64,000 nucleotides of DNA from a virus, in IMG/VR virus record IMGVR_UViG_3300007775_000001, positions 32,001 to 96,000 of that record. One strand, 5' to 3'. Position numbers and translations under genes: made by a program. The notes beneath the pieces were generated by a model. That model saw only the letters and a list, made by a program, of their open reading frames with translations. It was not told where the DNA came from and did not search any database. Positions 36,015 to 44,060 of the stretch are shown in pieces. The stretch's first letter is position 1. Each line of letters starts with the position of its first letter.

Positions 36015-36090
36015 ACCGGGATGGACTGGAGTGGTTCCAGCGCGAGACTCATAATCTCGACCGACGTGGGTTCGAATCCCACTCCCGGCA
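36015..36090 (+). tRNA. tRNA-Met(CAT), possibly initiator-like (1:72 mismatch)
   Basis: CGAGA-CTCATAA-TCTCG; A1xC72. Confidence 0.85.
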
Positions 36091-36094
36091 CTAC

Positions 36095-36177
36095 GGAAGG
36101 ATGGCCGAGAGGCTGAAGGCTCCTGTTTTGAAAACAGGCGTGCGAGAGCACCGGGGGTTCGAATCCCTCTCCTTCCG
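36095..36177 (+). tRNA. tRNA-Ser(TGA)
   Basis: CCTGT-TTTGAAA-ACAGG; long variable arm. Confidence 0.93.
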
Positions 36178-36182
36178 CTTAC

Positions 36183-36257
36183 ACACCGGTAGCTCAGTCT
36201 GGATAGAGCGGGGGCCTTCGAAGCCCATGGTCGCGGGTTCGAATCCTGCCCGGTGTG
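36183..36257 (+). tRNA. tRNA-Arg(TCG)
   Basis: Loop CTTCGAA; acceptor ACACCGG/CCGGTGT. Confidence 0.9.
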
Positions 36258-36341
36258 CTGACCGCACCAAGAACCAACAGAGGAGATTGATCATGTTGCG
36301 TGATACTGGCGCGGTGTTGTGGTGGGTCGTAGTGGGTGTAT

Positions 36342-36424
36342 GGAAGCGTGGCTGAGCGGACAAAAGCACCTGTTTCGAAAACAGGCGGACGCAAGTCCCG
36401 AAGGTTCGAATCCTTCCGCTTCCG
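36342..36424 (+). tRNA. tRNA-Ser(CGA)
   Basis: CCTGT-TTCGAAA-ACAGG; long variable arm. Confidence 0.93.
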
Positions 36425-36429
36425 TTACC

Positions 36430-36512
36430 GGGGAGTTGGCTGAGTGGTCTAAAGCACTGCGTTGGAATCGCAGCGGACGTAAGTCCCGTAGGTTCGAATC
36501 CTACACTCTCCG
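36430..36512 (+). tRNA. tRNA-Ser(GGA)
   Basis: CTGCG-TTGGAAT-CGCAG. Confidence 0.93.
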
Positions 36513-36515
36513 CTT

Positions 36516-36601
36516 GGAAGGATGGCTGAGTGGCCGAAAGCACCGCATTGCTAACGCGGCGGACGCAAGTCCCGTGAGTTCGAATCTCACTCCTTCCGCC
36601 A
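36516..36601 (+). tRNA. tRNA-Ser(GCT)
   Basis: Loop TTGCTAA; encoded CCA. Confidence 0.93.
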
Positions 36602-36602
36602 A

Positions 36603-36616
36603 TTTCTACGTAGAAA
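36603..36616. repeat. dispersed palindrome copy 4
   Basis: TTTCTACGTAGAAA immediately after tRNA-Ser. Confidence 0.88.
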
Positions 36617-36634
36617 CTGATTGAGAGGTTGACT

Positions 36635-37144
36635 ATGCATGTTCGCAATGCAGTATGTAACGCGATTCAAGATTGTGTCGATCACAAGGAAGGCAAGTTC
36701 AGTGAGTCTGCGAATCTGAGAGATGATCTTGGTGTGGATTCACTTGATATCGTGGAGATCGTGATGCAGGTTGAAGAGGAATTGGGTATCATGATCGAAG
36801 ATGACCAGTTCAGCAACCTGATGACTGTAGGAGAGTTGATGCGTGTCGTTGAGAAGGCGACAGGCTATCGGAAGAGGGGTGTGAGCGATACGATTGAAGT
36901 CCTTGTGGTTGGACATGCAAGTTTGGTGGCACGCGAAGCTTCTCGTCGCAAGATTCCCTTTGTGTTCTTGCGCGAGATTCGCGGAAAGGTGAATGGTCTC
37001 GAAGGCCCAACTGTGCATACGGTTGGGAAGGTCAATCAGGTTTTCCGTGACGATGTTGAAAAGTGGGAGAAGGAGAGTTGTCAGACATGGGCCGGGATTC
37101 ATATCCCTGGGTCATTGGTGCAGATCAGTAACAAGCCCTTGTAG
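36635..37144 (+). CDS. acyl carrier protein fused to an unknown C-terminal domain
   Basis: DDLGVDSLDIVEIVMQVEEELGI phosphopantetheine motif. Confidence 0.85.
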   Translation: MHVRNAVCNAIQDCVDHKEGKFSESANLRDDLGVDSLDIVEIVMQVEEELGIMIEDDQFSNLMTVGELMRVVEKATGYRKRGVSDTIEVLVVGHASLVAREASRRKIPFVFLREIRGKVNGLEGPTVHTVGKVNQVFRDDVEKWEKESCQTWAGIHIPGSLVQISNKPL

Positions 37145-37208
37145 CTCAGCTAGGCAGAGCGGCTGTTTTGTAAACAGCGGGTCGGCGGTTCGATTCCGTC
37201 CAGGGGCT
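37135..37208 (+). tRNA. tRNA-Thr(TGT)
   Basis: GCTGT-TTTGTAA-ACAGC. Confidence 0.93.
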
Positions 37209-37209
37209 C

Positions 37210-37280
37210 TTAGGGATCGTCTAGTGGTAGGACGCTGGGCTCTGAACTCAGAAACCTTGGTTCGAATCCAAGTCCCTAAA
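37210..37280 (+). tRNA. tRNA-Gln(CTG)
   Basis: CTGGG-CTCTGAA-CTCAG. Confidence 0.92.
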
Positions 37281-37281
37281 C

Positions 37282-37355
37282 CTGGGTGTAGCTCTTAACG
37301 GTAGAGCGCGTGCTTTGGGAGCATGAGGCTGCTGGTTCGAATCCAGTCACCCAGA
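37282..37355 (+). tRNA. tRNA-Pro(TGG)
   Basis: CGTGC-TTTGGGA-GCATG. Confidence 0.92.
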
Positions 37356-37361
37356 CTACAT

Positions 37362-37435
37362 GGCGTGGGTAGCCAAGCGGTTAAGGCAGAAGGCTGTGAA
37401 CCTTCCATGCATGGGTTCGAATCCCATCCCTCGCC
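37362..37435 (+). tRNA. tRNA-His(GTG)
   Basis: GAAGG-CTGTGAA-CCTTC; G-1:C73. Confidence 0.92.
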
Positions 37436-37643
37436 CTGGAGGCACACCAATGATCAGTTTGATGTTACCGAATGCTTCGCGTTCAGAAGTGATTGCGGTG
37501 AGTCGAATGGTTGCGCGCATGAAGGTCGGAATGCATGTCACACGGGCGAGAGACGCAGTGTGCGATCATTCGCAATGGAGTTGGGATACCCATGGTCGGG
37601 TGTGTGACTGTGGGGCGTTCATGGTTGATTTCGGAGATTGACG

Positions 37644-38012
37644 ATGGGCCACAAAGAGAAGCTGATCAAAGTGAACGCTCTGATTGACGAGGGCGTTATC
37701 CCGCTTGTGGAAGCATTGAATGAGCTTCCCCGCGTGGTGACTTACAATAGCTGCGAGCAGTACAACGGTAAGGCAGAGGTGATGTTTCATATCATCGAGC
37801 CTGAGCGTGGAGAAGAGCCACGATTCGTGCGTGATCTGTCGAAGCAAATTGCTCGCATCAACGGAGATTTTGCTGTATGCTTGAGTCTTGAATGGTTTGC
37901 TGGAGGTGATGCGTCGATGTGGCTTCGTGTCCCTACTGAGCAAGTCGAGGTGGTAGCGAGCGCGATCAGACTGATTGCTACGGAGAGAAAAAGGAATGCC
38001 TCTCAAGAATAA
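37644..38012 (+). CDS. TYW3/Taw3-like fold protein (putative)
   Basis: IDEGVIPLVEALN..TYNSCE resembles the TYW3 N-terminus. Confidence 0.45.
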   Translation: MGHKEKLIKVNALIDEGVIPLVEALNELPRVVTYNSCEQYNGKAEVMFHIIEPERGEEPRFVRDLSKQIARINGDFAVCLSLEWFAGGDASMWLRVPTEQVEVVASAIRLIATERKRNASQE

Positions 38013-38379
38013 GACCCAACCGATCTATCTAACACCGGATTGGAGATTCTACCAGGACGGTAACAACTTTGTGCTTGAGCACAAGGAGCGGGTCAGGAAG
38101 AAGGATGGTATCAACATGGCCGAGCGATGGTCGCAATTTTTTTACTCGTCGCTCGAAGCTGCTGTGCCAGGGCTGCTTAGTCGTGATATCATGGCTGGCA
38201 GAACTCTGGAGGAAATGAAGACTCGTCTTGAGGAGACGGCTCAACGGATCATCTCTGTTCTTCGGGGTGCTCCTAATTTTGGTGTAGCACAGCGGTTGGC
38301 AGATGTGGGTGAGTCAGACCCGAATGTCACGGCTGTACCTCGAAGGCGGTTTTTTCGGCGCAACCGCCAAGCAACCTAA
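37996..38379 (+). CDS. hypothetical protein
   Basis: ORF in tRNA array. Confidence 0.6.
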   Translation: MPLKNKTQPIYLTPDWRFYQDGNNFVLEHKERVRKKDGINMAERWSQFFYSSLEAAVPGLLSRDIMAGRTLEEMKTRLEETAQRIISVLRGAPNFGVAQRLADVGESDPNVTAVPRRRFFRRNRQAT

Positions 38380-38609
38380 CCAAAGCGTCGATTCTCTCTG
38401 TCGGAGTTAGAACCCGATGAGTAACACACAGCAAGTCAACATGAAGGATCACGTCGAATCGCTGATCAAGAAGGCAGCAACGGCGGCAAGAGCGGACGAG
38501 GCGATGAAGTTCTCGCAAGCTGCAACCAATGCCGCGAATGCGATGTGTGCATTGCGAGAGGCGATGAAATAGAACGGTGGCGGGCGGGATGAGTCTCGCC
38601 CGCTTTCAT

Positions 38610-38682
38610 GTTGCGATAGCTCAGTCCGGTAGAGCGGTGGGTTGAAGCCCCATATGCAGAGGTTCGATTCCTCTTCGCAACA
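38610..38682 (+). tRNA. tRNA-Phe(GAA)
   Basis: GTGGG-TTGAAGC-CCCAT. Confidence 0.92.
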
Positions 38683-38683
38683 C

Positions 38684-38712
38684 TTGACAAACGGTAGCAC
38701 ATGTAGTACAGT
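38684..38712 (+). promoter_or_regulatory. conserved promoter
   Basis: TTGACA-17-TACAGT with CACATGTAG spacer. Confidence 0.75.
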
Positions 38713-38748
38713 ACAAGAGCGGTGGATATCTTGTGGAGGAAGTGATTC

Positions 38749-38836
38749 GGGGATGTGCGTCAAGTGGCGAAGACAGCGGACTGTAAATCCGTGACCCATG
38801 CGGTAAACATCGAAGGTTCGACTCCTTCCGTCCCCA
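38749..38836 (+). tRNA. tRNA-Tyr(GTA)
   Basis: GCGGA-CTGTAAA-TCCGT; long variable arm. Confidence 0.92.
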
Positions 38837-38857
38837 CTGACAACGTGATGAGCTATC

Positions 38858-39289
38858 ATGCCGATTAAGATCGGGCGGTTCCAGGGTGAGTACAGGTTCC
38901 TGAGCAATTTTTGGCCTGCTCGTGTGAACTACGGAGGGATAGACTTCCCCACCGTAGAACATGCCTATCAGGCTGCCAAAACGGACGATCAGAAGGCTCG
39001 TTTGGAGATTGCCAAGGCCCGTACTCCTGGGGTGGCAAAACGCCTTGGGAAGCGTGTTACGATGCGTCATAATTGGGATAGCATCAAGCTCAAGGTGATG
39101 AGTGTTCTGGTGACACAGAAGTTCACGAGCAATCCGCTTCTGAAGAAGCTTTTGCTTGACACCGGAGATGCGGAACTGATAGAAGGGAACGATTGGAATG
39201 ACACCTTCTGGGGTATCTGTCGTGGGAAGGGTAGCAACCATCTGGGCAAGATTTTGATGAGTGTTCGCGAATCGCTCAGATTGGTATGA
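38858..39289 (+). CDS. NADAR (YbiA-like) protein
   Basis: FLSNF; TVEHAYQAAK; QKF; LIEGNDWNDTFWG..GSNHLGKILM. Confidence 0.93.
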   Translation: MPIKIGRFQGEYRFLSNFWPARVNYGGIDFPTVEHAYQAAKTDDQKARLEIAKARTPGVAKRLGKRVTMRHNWDSIKLKVMSVLVTQKFTSNPLLKKLLLDTGDAELIEGNDWNDTFWGICRGKGSNHLGKILMSVRESLRLV

Positions 39290-39290
39290 T

Positions 39291-39363
39291 GTGGGTCTAA
39301 CTCAACTGGTAGAGTGTCGGCCTTCCAAGCCGGATGTTGCGGGTTCGACTCCCGTGGCCCACT
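39291..39363 (+). tRNA. tRNA-Gly(TCC)
   Basis: TCGGC-CTTCCAA-GCCGG. Confidence 0.92.
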
Positions 39364-39432
39364 TAGGCAGATTGCGAGACTGGTGTGATTCGCTCCATTG
39401 TGACTGAGAGTGTCACCGTGATCTGCCTTCAT

Positions 39433-39507
39433 GGGGTATGGGACTGCTAGGGGTGGTCATCTGCCTTGCAAGCAGAACACAGCCCGGTTCGAATCCGGGA
39501 TACTCCA
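39433..39507 (+). tRNA. tRNA-Ala(TGC)
   Basis: TCTGC-CTTGCAA-GCAGA; G3:U70. Confidence 0.92.
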
Positions 39508-39603
39508 TTGGCCCGTTTGTGCTAGGTAGAGACAACGAGATCAGCTAACCACTGATCAAGCGGCTTGCCAAGGTGGTTCCTTGGTGCTGGCGGGCATTGT
39601 AAT

Positions 39604-39683
39604 GCCGATGTGGTGAAACTGGCAGACACGTCACCTTGAGGGGGTGATGCTTCGGCGTACAGGTTCGAGTCCTGTCATCGGCA
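39604..39683 (+). tRNA. tRNA-Leu(GAG)
   Basis: TCACC-TTGAGGG-GGTGA. Confidence 0.92.
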
Positions 39684-39685
39684 CT

Positions 39686-39880
39686 GTAGGGAGTAGGGCA
39701 CGGGGAGTTGTCTACGCTGTGAAAGCTGGTGATCGATCAATCGCCGGTGAGGGTTGAATGGTTAAGACCGGAAACCCAAGTAGCAGCTATCGAGGCGTAC
39801 CCCACGGTTAGGCCTAGTAACTGCGCGAAGCGACCAGAATGCCGAGCATGAACGGGGGTTCGGGACTTCTCGTTTCCTAC
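39686..39880 (+). ncRNA. candidate ~195-nt structured ncRNA
   Basis: Ends pair (GTAGGGAG/TTTCCTAC, CGGGGAGTT/GACTTCTCG); no ORF. Confidence 0.45.
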
Positions 39881-39887
39881 TTCTGAC

Positions 39888-40229
39888 ATGGAACACAAAG
39901 AGCTATTCAACGCGATTAAGGCTCTGTATAGTGAAGAGCCATACGTGACTCAGCATGAGATTGCGGTAGCTCTGAATCAAATGAAGGTACGGCCAATTGG
40001 TGCGAGACAATGGACAGCGTCAACCGTATCGTTGTTCATGGTGCATCATGGGTGCGTGAGACGGAAGCTGCACAGGGCTTTCGAATGGCGGCGGCCTTCA
40101 CAGATCGGTTGTAGACAATGCATTGAGCAGGGCGTAGAGTACGATACCAAACAACTTGCTCCATGGATCAGAATCGCCATAGAGCGCGGGAAATTGAGGT
40201 TGAGAGATGAGAATCCATACACGGCGTGA
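39888..40229 (+). CDS. hypothetical protein (recombinase-type HTH-like)
   Basis: HEIAVALN..ARQWTASTV. Confidence 0.5.
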   Translation: MEHKELFNAIKALYSEEPYVTQHEIAVALNQMKVRPIGARQWTASTVSLFMVHHGCVRRKLHRAFEWRRPSQIGCRQCIEQGVEYDTKQLAPWIRIAIERGKLRLRDENPYTA

Positions 40230-40252
40230 AGAGATGGAGAGCGAGGAGATGC

Positions 40253-40328
40253 GCTCCCATCGTCTAGTGGTCTAGGATATCAGACTTTCAATCTGATGAC
40301 ACGGGTTCGAATCCCGTTGGGAGTACCA
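40253..40328 (+). tRNA. tRNA-Glu(TTC)
   Basis: TCAGA-CTTTCAA-TCTGA; encoded CCA. Confidence 0.94.
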
Positions 40329-40412
40329 CATGTTCAAGAAGCACGATTGGGTTCTGGTGGTTGTTGTTGGAGCATTGTGTGCTGCTGTCATGTGGGTGTG
40401 GTTGTTCTAGCT

Positions 40413-40488
40413 ACCCTTGTGGCGGAACTGGTAGACGCGCTACGTTCAGACCGTAGTTGTATTGGGAGTTCGAGTCTCCCCAAGGGTA
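40413..40488 (+). tRNA. tRNA-Leu(CAG), short variable region
   Basis: CTACG-TTCAGAC-CGTAG. Confidence 0.87.
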
Positions 40489-40491
40489 TTT

Positions 40492-40567
40492 GCCTCTGTG
40501 GCCTAGTCTGGTTCAGGGCAACAGGTTGTCAACCTGGAGATCACGGGTTCGAATCCCGTCAGGGGCG
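40492..40567 (+). tRNA. tRNA-Asp(GTC)
   Basis: Loop TTGTCAA; G discriminator. Confidence 0.92.
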
Positions 40568-40572
40568 TACAC

Positions 40573-40646
40573 AGGTCGGTAGCTCAGCTAGGTAGAGCGG
40601 CGGCTTCCAAACCCGCTGGTCGAGGGTTCGAATCCTTCCCGGCCTG
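40573..40646 (+). tRNA. tRNA-Trp(CCA)
   Basis: Loop TTCCAAA; acceptor AGGTCGG/CCGGCCT. Confidence 0.9.
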
Positions 40647-40666
40647 CTTTCAAAAGGAGATTGACC

Positions 40667-40879
40667 ATGAAAATCAGTGTTGATGCATTCGAAGATGCTG
40701 TGACCCGATGGAAGCAGAGTGGCGCACGAGACGGAACGCATCAACGCCTGGGTCAATACTTGATGAACGTCTTCTTTGCTCATCAGCCGGGGATTTCTGT
40801 TCCTGGAATTTTCTACGAGGAAGACTGGAAGAAGGCGTACGCAATGTTCAGGGAGCGGTTTGTCGATAACCAACTCTGA
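40667..40879 (+). CDS. hypothetical protein
   Basis: QRLGQYLMN..IFYEED; AGGAG RBS. Confidence 0.65.
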   Translation: MKISVDAFEDAVTRWKQSGARDGTHQRLGQYLMNVFFAHQPGISVPGIFYEEDWKKAYAMFRERFVDNQL

Positions 40880-40941
40880 CTTCCTCTTCAGGAACAGTTG
40901 CAAGACTTGAAAGAGAAGCTGATAGAGGAGATGAAGATCAT

Positions 40942-41013
40942 TGCTCCGTAGCTCAGGGGTAGAGCGGTGGTTTTACAAGCCGCTGGTCGTAGGTTCGAAT
41001 CCTACCGGGGCAA
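40942..41013 (+). tRNA. tRNA-Val(TAC)
   Basis: GTGGT-TTTACAA-GCCGC. Confidence 0.9.
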
Positions 41014-41029
41014 CTAGGTTGTGCAATCA

Positions 41030-41103
41030 GGGCTGGTAGCTCAATCGGTCAGAGCGGCTGACTCATAATCAGAAGGCTGCTGGTTCGAGTCCAGCCCAGC
41101 CCA
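41030..41103 (+). tRNA. tRNA-Ile2/Met(CAT)
   Basis: Loop CTCATAA; GGGCT acceptor suggests Ile2. Confidence 0.88.
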
Positions 41104-41106
41104 TAT

Positions 41107-41180
41107 TGGACAGTAGCTCAGTCGGTTAGAGCGCGATCCTGATACGGTCGAGGTCGAAGGTTCGATTCCTTCCTGTCCAA
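41107..41180 (+). tRNA. tRNA-Ile(GAT)
   Basis: CGATC-CTGATAC-GGTCG. Confidence 0.92.
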
Positions 41181-41257
41181 CTGACGATCCGATTTGGTAG
41201 CGTTGATGCTCCATAGACGTTCTGGGTCGAGATCAGTTGTACTTTAATATGGAGCAT

Positions 41258-41377
41258 GATGGTGGCGTATCAACGCATGCGGTGAAGCCGTGCGAGTAAC
41301 TGTTGGCGCGCATGACAGGAATCGACGGAAGAAACTGCCGTGGCGAGTCCCCGGAGTGATAACCGGGCGTCACCATC
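41258..41377 (+). ncRNA. candidate multi-branch structured RNA (~120 nt)
   Basis: GATGGTGGCG/CGTCACCATC closing helix enclosing four hairpins. Confidence 0.5.
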
Positions 41378-41381
41378 ATCT

Positions 41382-41454
41382 GTGGATGTAGCTCAATCGG
41401 CAGAGCGTCACGTTGCCAACGTGAAGGTTGTGGGATCGTTGCCCATCATCCACT
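41382..41454 (+). tRNA. tRNA-Gly(GCC)
   Basis: TCACG-TTGCCAA-CGTGA; atypical T-loop ATCGTTG. Confidence 0.88.
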
Positions 41455-41459
41455 TGCAC

Positions 41460-41532
41460 TGTCCTGTAGCTTAGTCGGTAGAGCGAGTGCCTGTTAAGCA
41501 CTTTGTCGTTGGTTCGAGCCCAACCAGGACAG
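41460..41532 (+). tRNA. tRNA-Asn(GTT)
   Basis: AGTGC-CTGTTAA-GCACT. Confidence 0.92.
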
Positions 41533-41554
41533 CTAAATCTAAAAGAGACCAACC

Positions 41555-42226
41555 ATGACCATGCGGGACTGTGACATTCATGCGGCAATCGAAGCCGGTG
41601 AGCTTTCAATTGATCCGTACGATCCGGATTCCGTAGGGCCTGCATCAATCGATCTGACTCTGAGTGTTTATTTCATGAGGGTGGATGGTCAGGGTACGGG
41701 TGGGGTGATCAGAATGGATCAACCCATCGAGTACGAGAAGTTTACTCGCCAGCGTGTGATTATCCCTCCGAAGTCCTTCATTCTTGCTAGTACCATCGAG
41801 CGTGTTACTCTTCCCGCTGATATCTGTGCAAAGGTCGAGGGTCGATCATCTATCGGTCGTATGGGTCTGTTTGTACAGAATGCTGGATGGGTTGATCCTG
41901 GTTGGGATGGGTGTCTGACTCTGGAACTGTACAACGCCAACGAGTTCCCCATCGAGATCGTTGCTGGTCGCCGGATTTGTCAATTGGTGTTGGATCGTAT
42001 GACCGGCCCGGTTGACAAGCCCTATGCTGGAAAGTACAAGGGCGATGGATCGGTAGCAGGTAGTCGTATCTACAAGGATTGGGAAGCGTTGCTTGATGAC
42101 TGCGAAATCTGCAATGGAGAGTTAGGCGGGGTCAAGGGAAATGAGAACGTCATTCATGGCAAGAAGGTCTGTGACTACTGTTATGCGAAGATGATGCGAG
42201 GAGAGATTCTGTACCCCGAAGGTTGA
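41555..42226 (+). CDS. dcd: dCTP deaminase
   Basis: PASIDLTL; EGRSSIGRMG; AGWVDPGWDG; RICQL; YAGKY. Confidence 0.93.
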   Translation: MTMRDCDIHAAIEAGELSIDPYDPDSVGPASIDLTLSVYFMRVDGQGTGGVIRMDQPIEYEKFTRQRVIIPPKSFILASTIERVTLPADICAKVEGRSSIGRMGLFVQNAGWVDPGWDGCLTLELYNANEFPIEIVAGRRICQLVLDRMTGPVDKPYAGKYKGDGSVAGSRIYKDWEALLDDCEICNGELGGVKGNENVIHGKKVCDYCYAKMMRGEILYPEG

Positions 42227-42233
42227 CAAATCT

Positions 42234-42314
42234 GCCCGCGTGGTGGAATCTGGTAGACACAACAGGCTCAAACCCTGTGGCTTCGGCGTCCCGGTTCGAA
42301 TCCGGGCGCGGGTA
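42234..42314 (+). tRNA. tRNA-Leu(CAA)
   Basis: ACAGG-CTCAAAC-CCTGT. Confidence 0.92.
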
Positions 42315-42394
42315 TTTTTTTGGCTTGAGTTGAGAGAATTGTCCGTCAATGTCAGAGAACGTTGATACATCAGGATACACCAAGAGGAATCACG

Positions 42395-42907
42395 ATGATC
42401 AAATATGATTTTAAGATTGGTTGGTTTGAAAGCGAGTCGGAAGAGTATCCGTCTGACAACTTTGTGACCGGTGTACTATTCAAGAGAGGCGGAAAAGCTT
42501 TGATTTCTCATATCATCGATCTTCGGACAGAATGGCCTATCTGTAATCCGCCGAAGATGAGCAAGAAGACATGGAATAGACCACCGAAAACAGAGATTGT
42601 GAAACTCTTTTCTGAAGTTAATTTTGGTGTGAGTACCTTTCATTTGGATTGCATGGTTTGTTTTGACATGTATGCCAAGACACTGACAGACAAGAAAAGT
42701 TCTGCACTGGCTGTGTACAACATAAGGAAGGAAATGATGGATCACAATGATCCTCTTTCCAAGGCTGGTTATGATGACTGCGTCATCATCAAGGAAAATA
42801 GTCTTGTCAAAGCCAAGGTTTCTGAATTCATTGAAAGAGGAATTAAAGAGAGGGGGGAAAGGAGGGGTGATCGAAATACTCACTCTGGAAAACGAAAAGC
42901 AAAATAG
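42395..42907 (+). CDS. hypothetical protein (AT-rich)
   Basis: GAGG RBS; ORF. Confidence 0.6.
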   Translation: MIKYDFKIGWFESESEEYPSDNFVTGVLFKRGGKALISHIIDLRTEWPICNPPKMSKKTWNRPPKTEIVKLFSEVNFGVSTFHLDCMVCFDMYAKTLTDKKSSALAVYNIRKEMMDHNDPLSKAGYDDCVIIKENSLVKAKVSEFIERGIKERGERRGDRNTHSGKRKAK

Positions 42908-42924
42908 AAAACCAAAGGAGAGAC

Positions 42925-43428
42925 ATGACCAGCATGTATATCTTGGAAGACGGAAAGCCAAAGCTGGTGACTGATGAATTGGAATGGGGTCACTGGTTCG
43001 AGGCGAACAATCACAAGCGGATTGTAGCGCGAACGTACTACTCCGCGATTCTGGATGGAGAGCATTTTGTCTCAACCGTGTTTTTGGCTCTGGATCATGG
43101 GTGGCGCGACGATGGGGGCGATCCTGTCTTGTGGGAAACCCTGGACTTCCCTGGCTATGATGTGATGCGGCGATACACCTCAAAAGAAGACGCGATCAAA
43201 GGTCATTGGGATGTGGTCAAGCTCTTCCCGCTGAAGGTGTATCGGTTGAAGATCACGACGTATAACCGTGCGGTCTATTACCGTAACGTGTCTGGGATCA
43301 GCATAAGTGAGGCAATCCAGATCATCAAGTCTGAGGCATGGCCGTTTGGTGTGGAGTTCATCGAAGTCGAGGAAGAAGTCAAGTACGGTTGGAAGATGCA
43401 CAAGTTGGTCTACCAAAATGAGGATTAG
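42925..43428 (+). CDS. conserved phage protein
   Basis: VSTVFLALDH..PVLWET..RRY..AIKGH motif. Confidence 0.7.
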   Translation: MTSMYILEDGKPKLVTDELEWGHWFEANNHKRIVARTYYSAILDGEHFVSTVFLALDHGWRDDGGDPVLWETLDFPGYDVMRRYTSKEDAIKGHWDVVKLFPLKVYRLKITTYNRAVYYRNVSGISISEAIQIIKSEAWPFGVEFIEVEEEVKYGWKMHKLVYQNED

Positions 43429-43670
43429 CCTTTTAGGATTGAATTCTTGGAGGTTCTGATATGGTTTTTGTCGTTCAGGTGTATCGAGGAAACAGGGTTT
43501 CTGGTAGATGGGAAGATGTTAAAGATAGGCGTAATTTCGAGCTTGCTAGGGGCGATGCCTGGGCTCTTTCTCAAAAAAAGTCTGAAGGGTCGTATGGTGC
43601 CCTTACAAGAGTGATCATACGGTCAGAGGCAGTATTGTGCAGGTTCGGTCAGTTGGATCGAAAATGAGCC

Positions 43671-43724
43671 TTGACTTTCCGTCATACATGTAGTACATTA
43701 GAATCGTGGCTGAGAGAGAAACCC
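43671..43724 (+). promoter_or_regulatory. conserved early promoter with leader motif
   Basis: TTGACT-17-TACATT then GTGGCTGAGAGAGAAACCC. Confidence 0.8.
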
Positions 43725-43758
43725 CGGCGGAACCGGGAACCTAGACCGAGGGTGGATC

Positions 43759-43983
43759 ATGAAAACAGTGCTGAGCGACTGCCGCGTCCACACGCTGGAG
43801 GAGGCAATAACGGCTTTGCAGGACATCGCCAAGGCATATGCTGGGGATGAACGCTCCAGCAGCCCCGCAGAGATTCACCTCGCACATTCTGGACGGTTCG
43901 GTGGGGATGGCTGGCAGTTGTATCTCCATGAGGAATCGCTATCCGATGGATCGGTGGTGCTCAGTCTGCTAGTCGCCGCCTGA
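43759..43983 (+). CDS. hypothetical early protein
   Basis: First ORF after promoter. Confidence 0.6.
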   Translation: MKTVLSDCRVHTLEEAITALQDIAKAYAGDERSSSPAEIHLAHSGRFGGDGWQLYLHEESLSDGSVVLSLLVAA

Positions 43984-44060
43984 CGCCAGCAAGAGGCTCC
44001 ACGCTACACAGCACGGGCCTGGACGCTACCAGGAACCTTGAAATCTGAGGCAGAACAACA

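Noticed and set aside
35595-37641. ORFs spanning tRNA genes (36101, 36319, 36993, 37323)
   Set aside because: They are read-through of tRNA sequence with no coding evidence.
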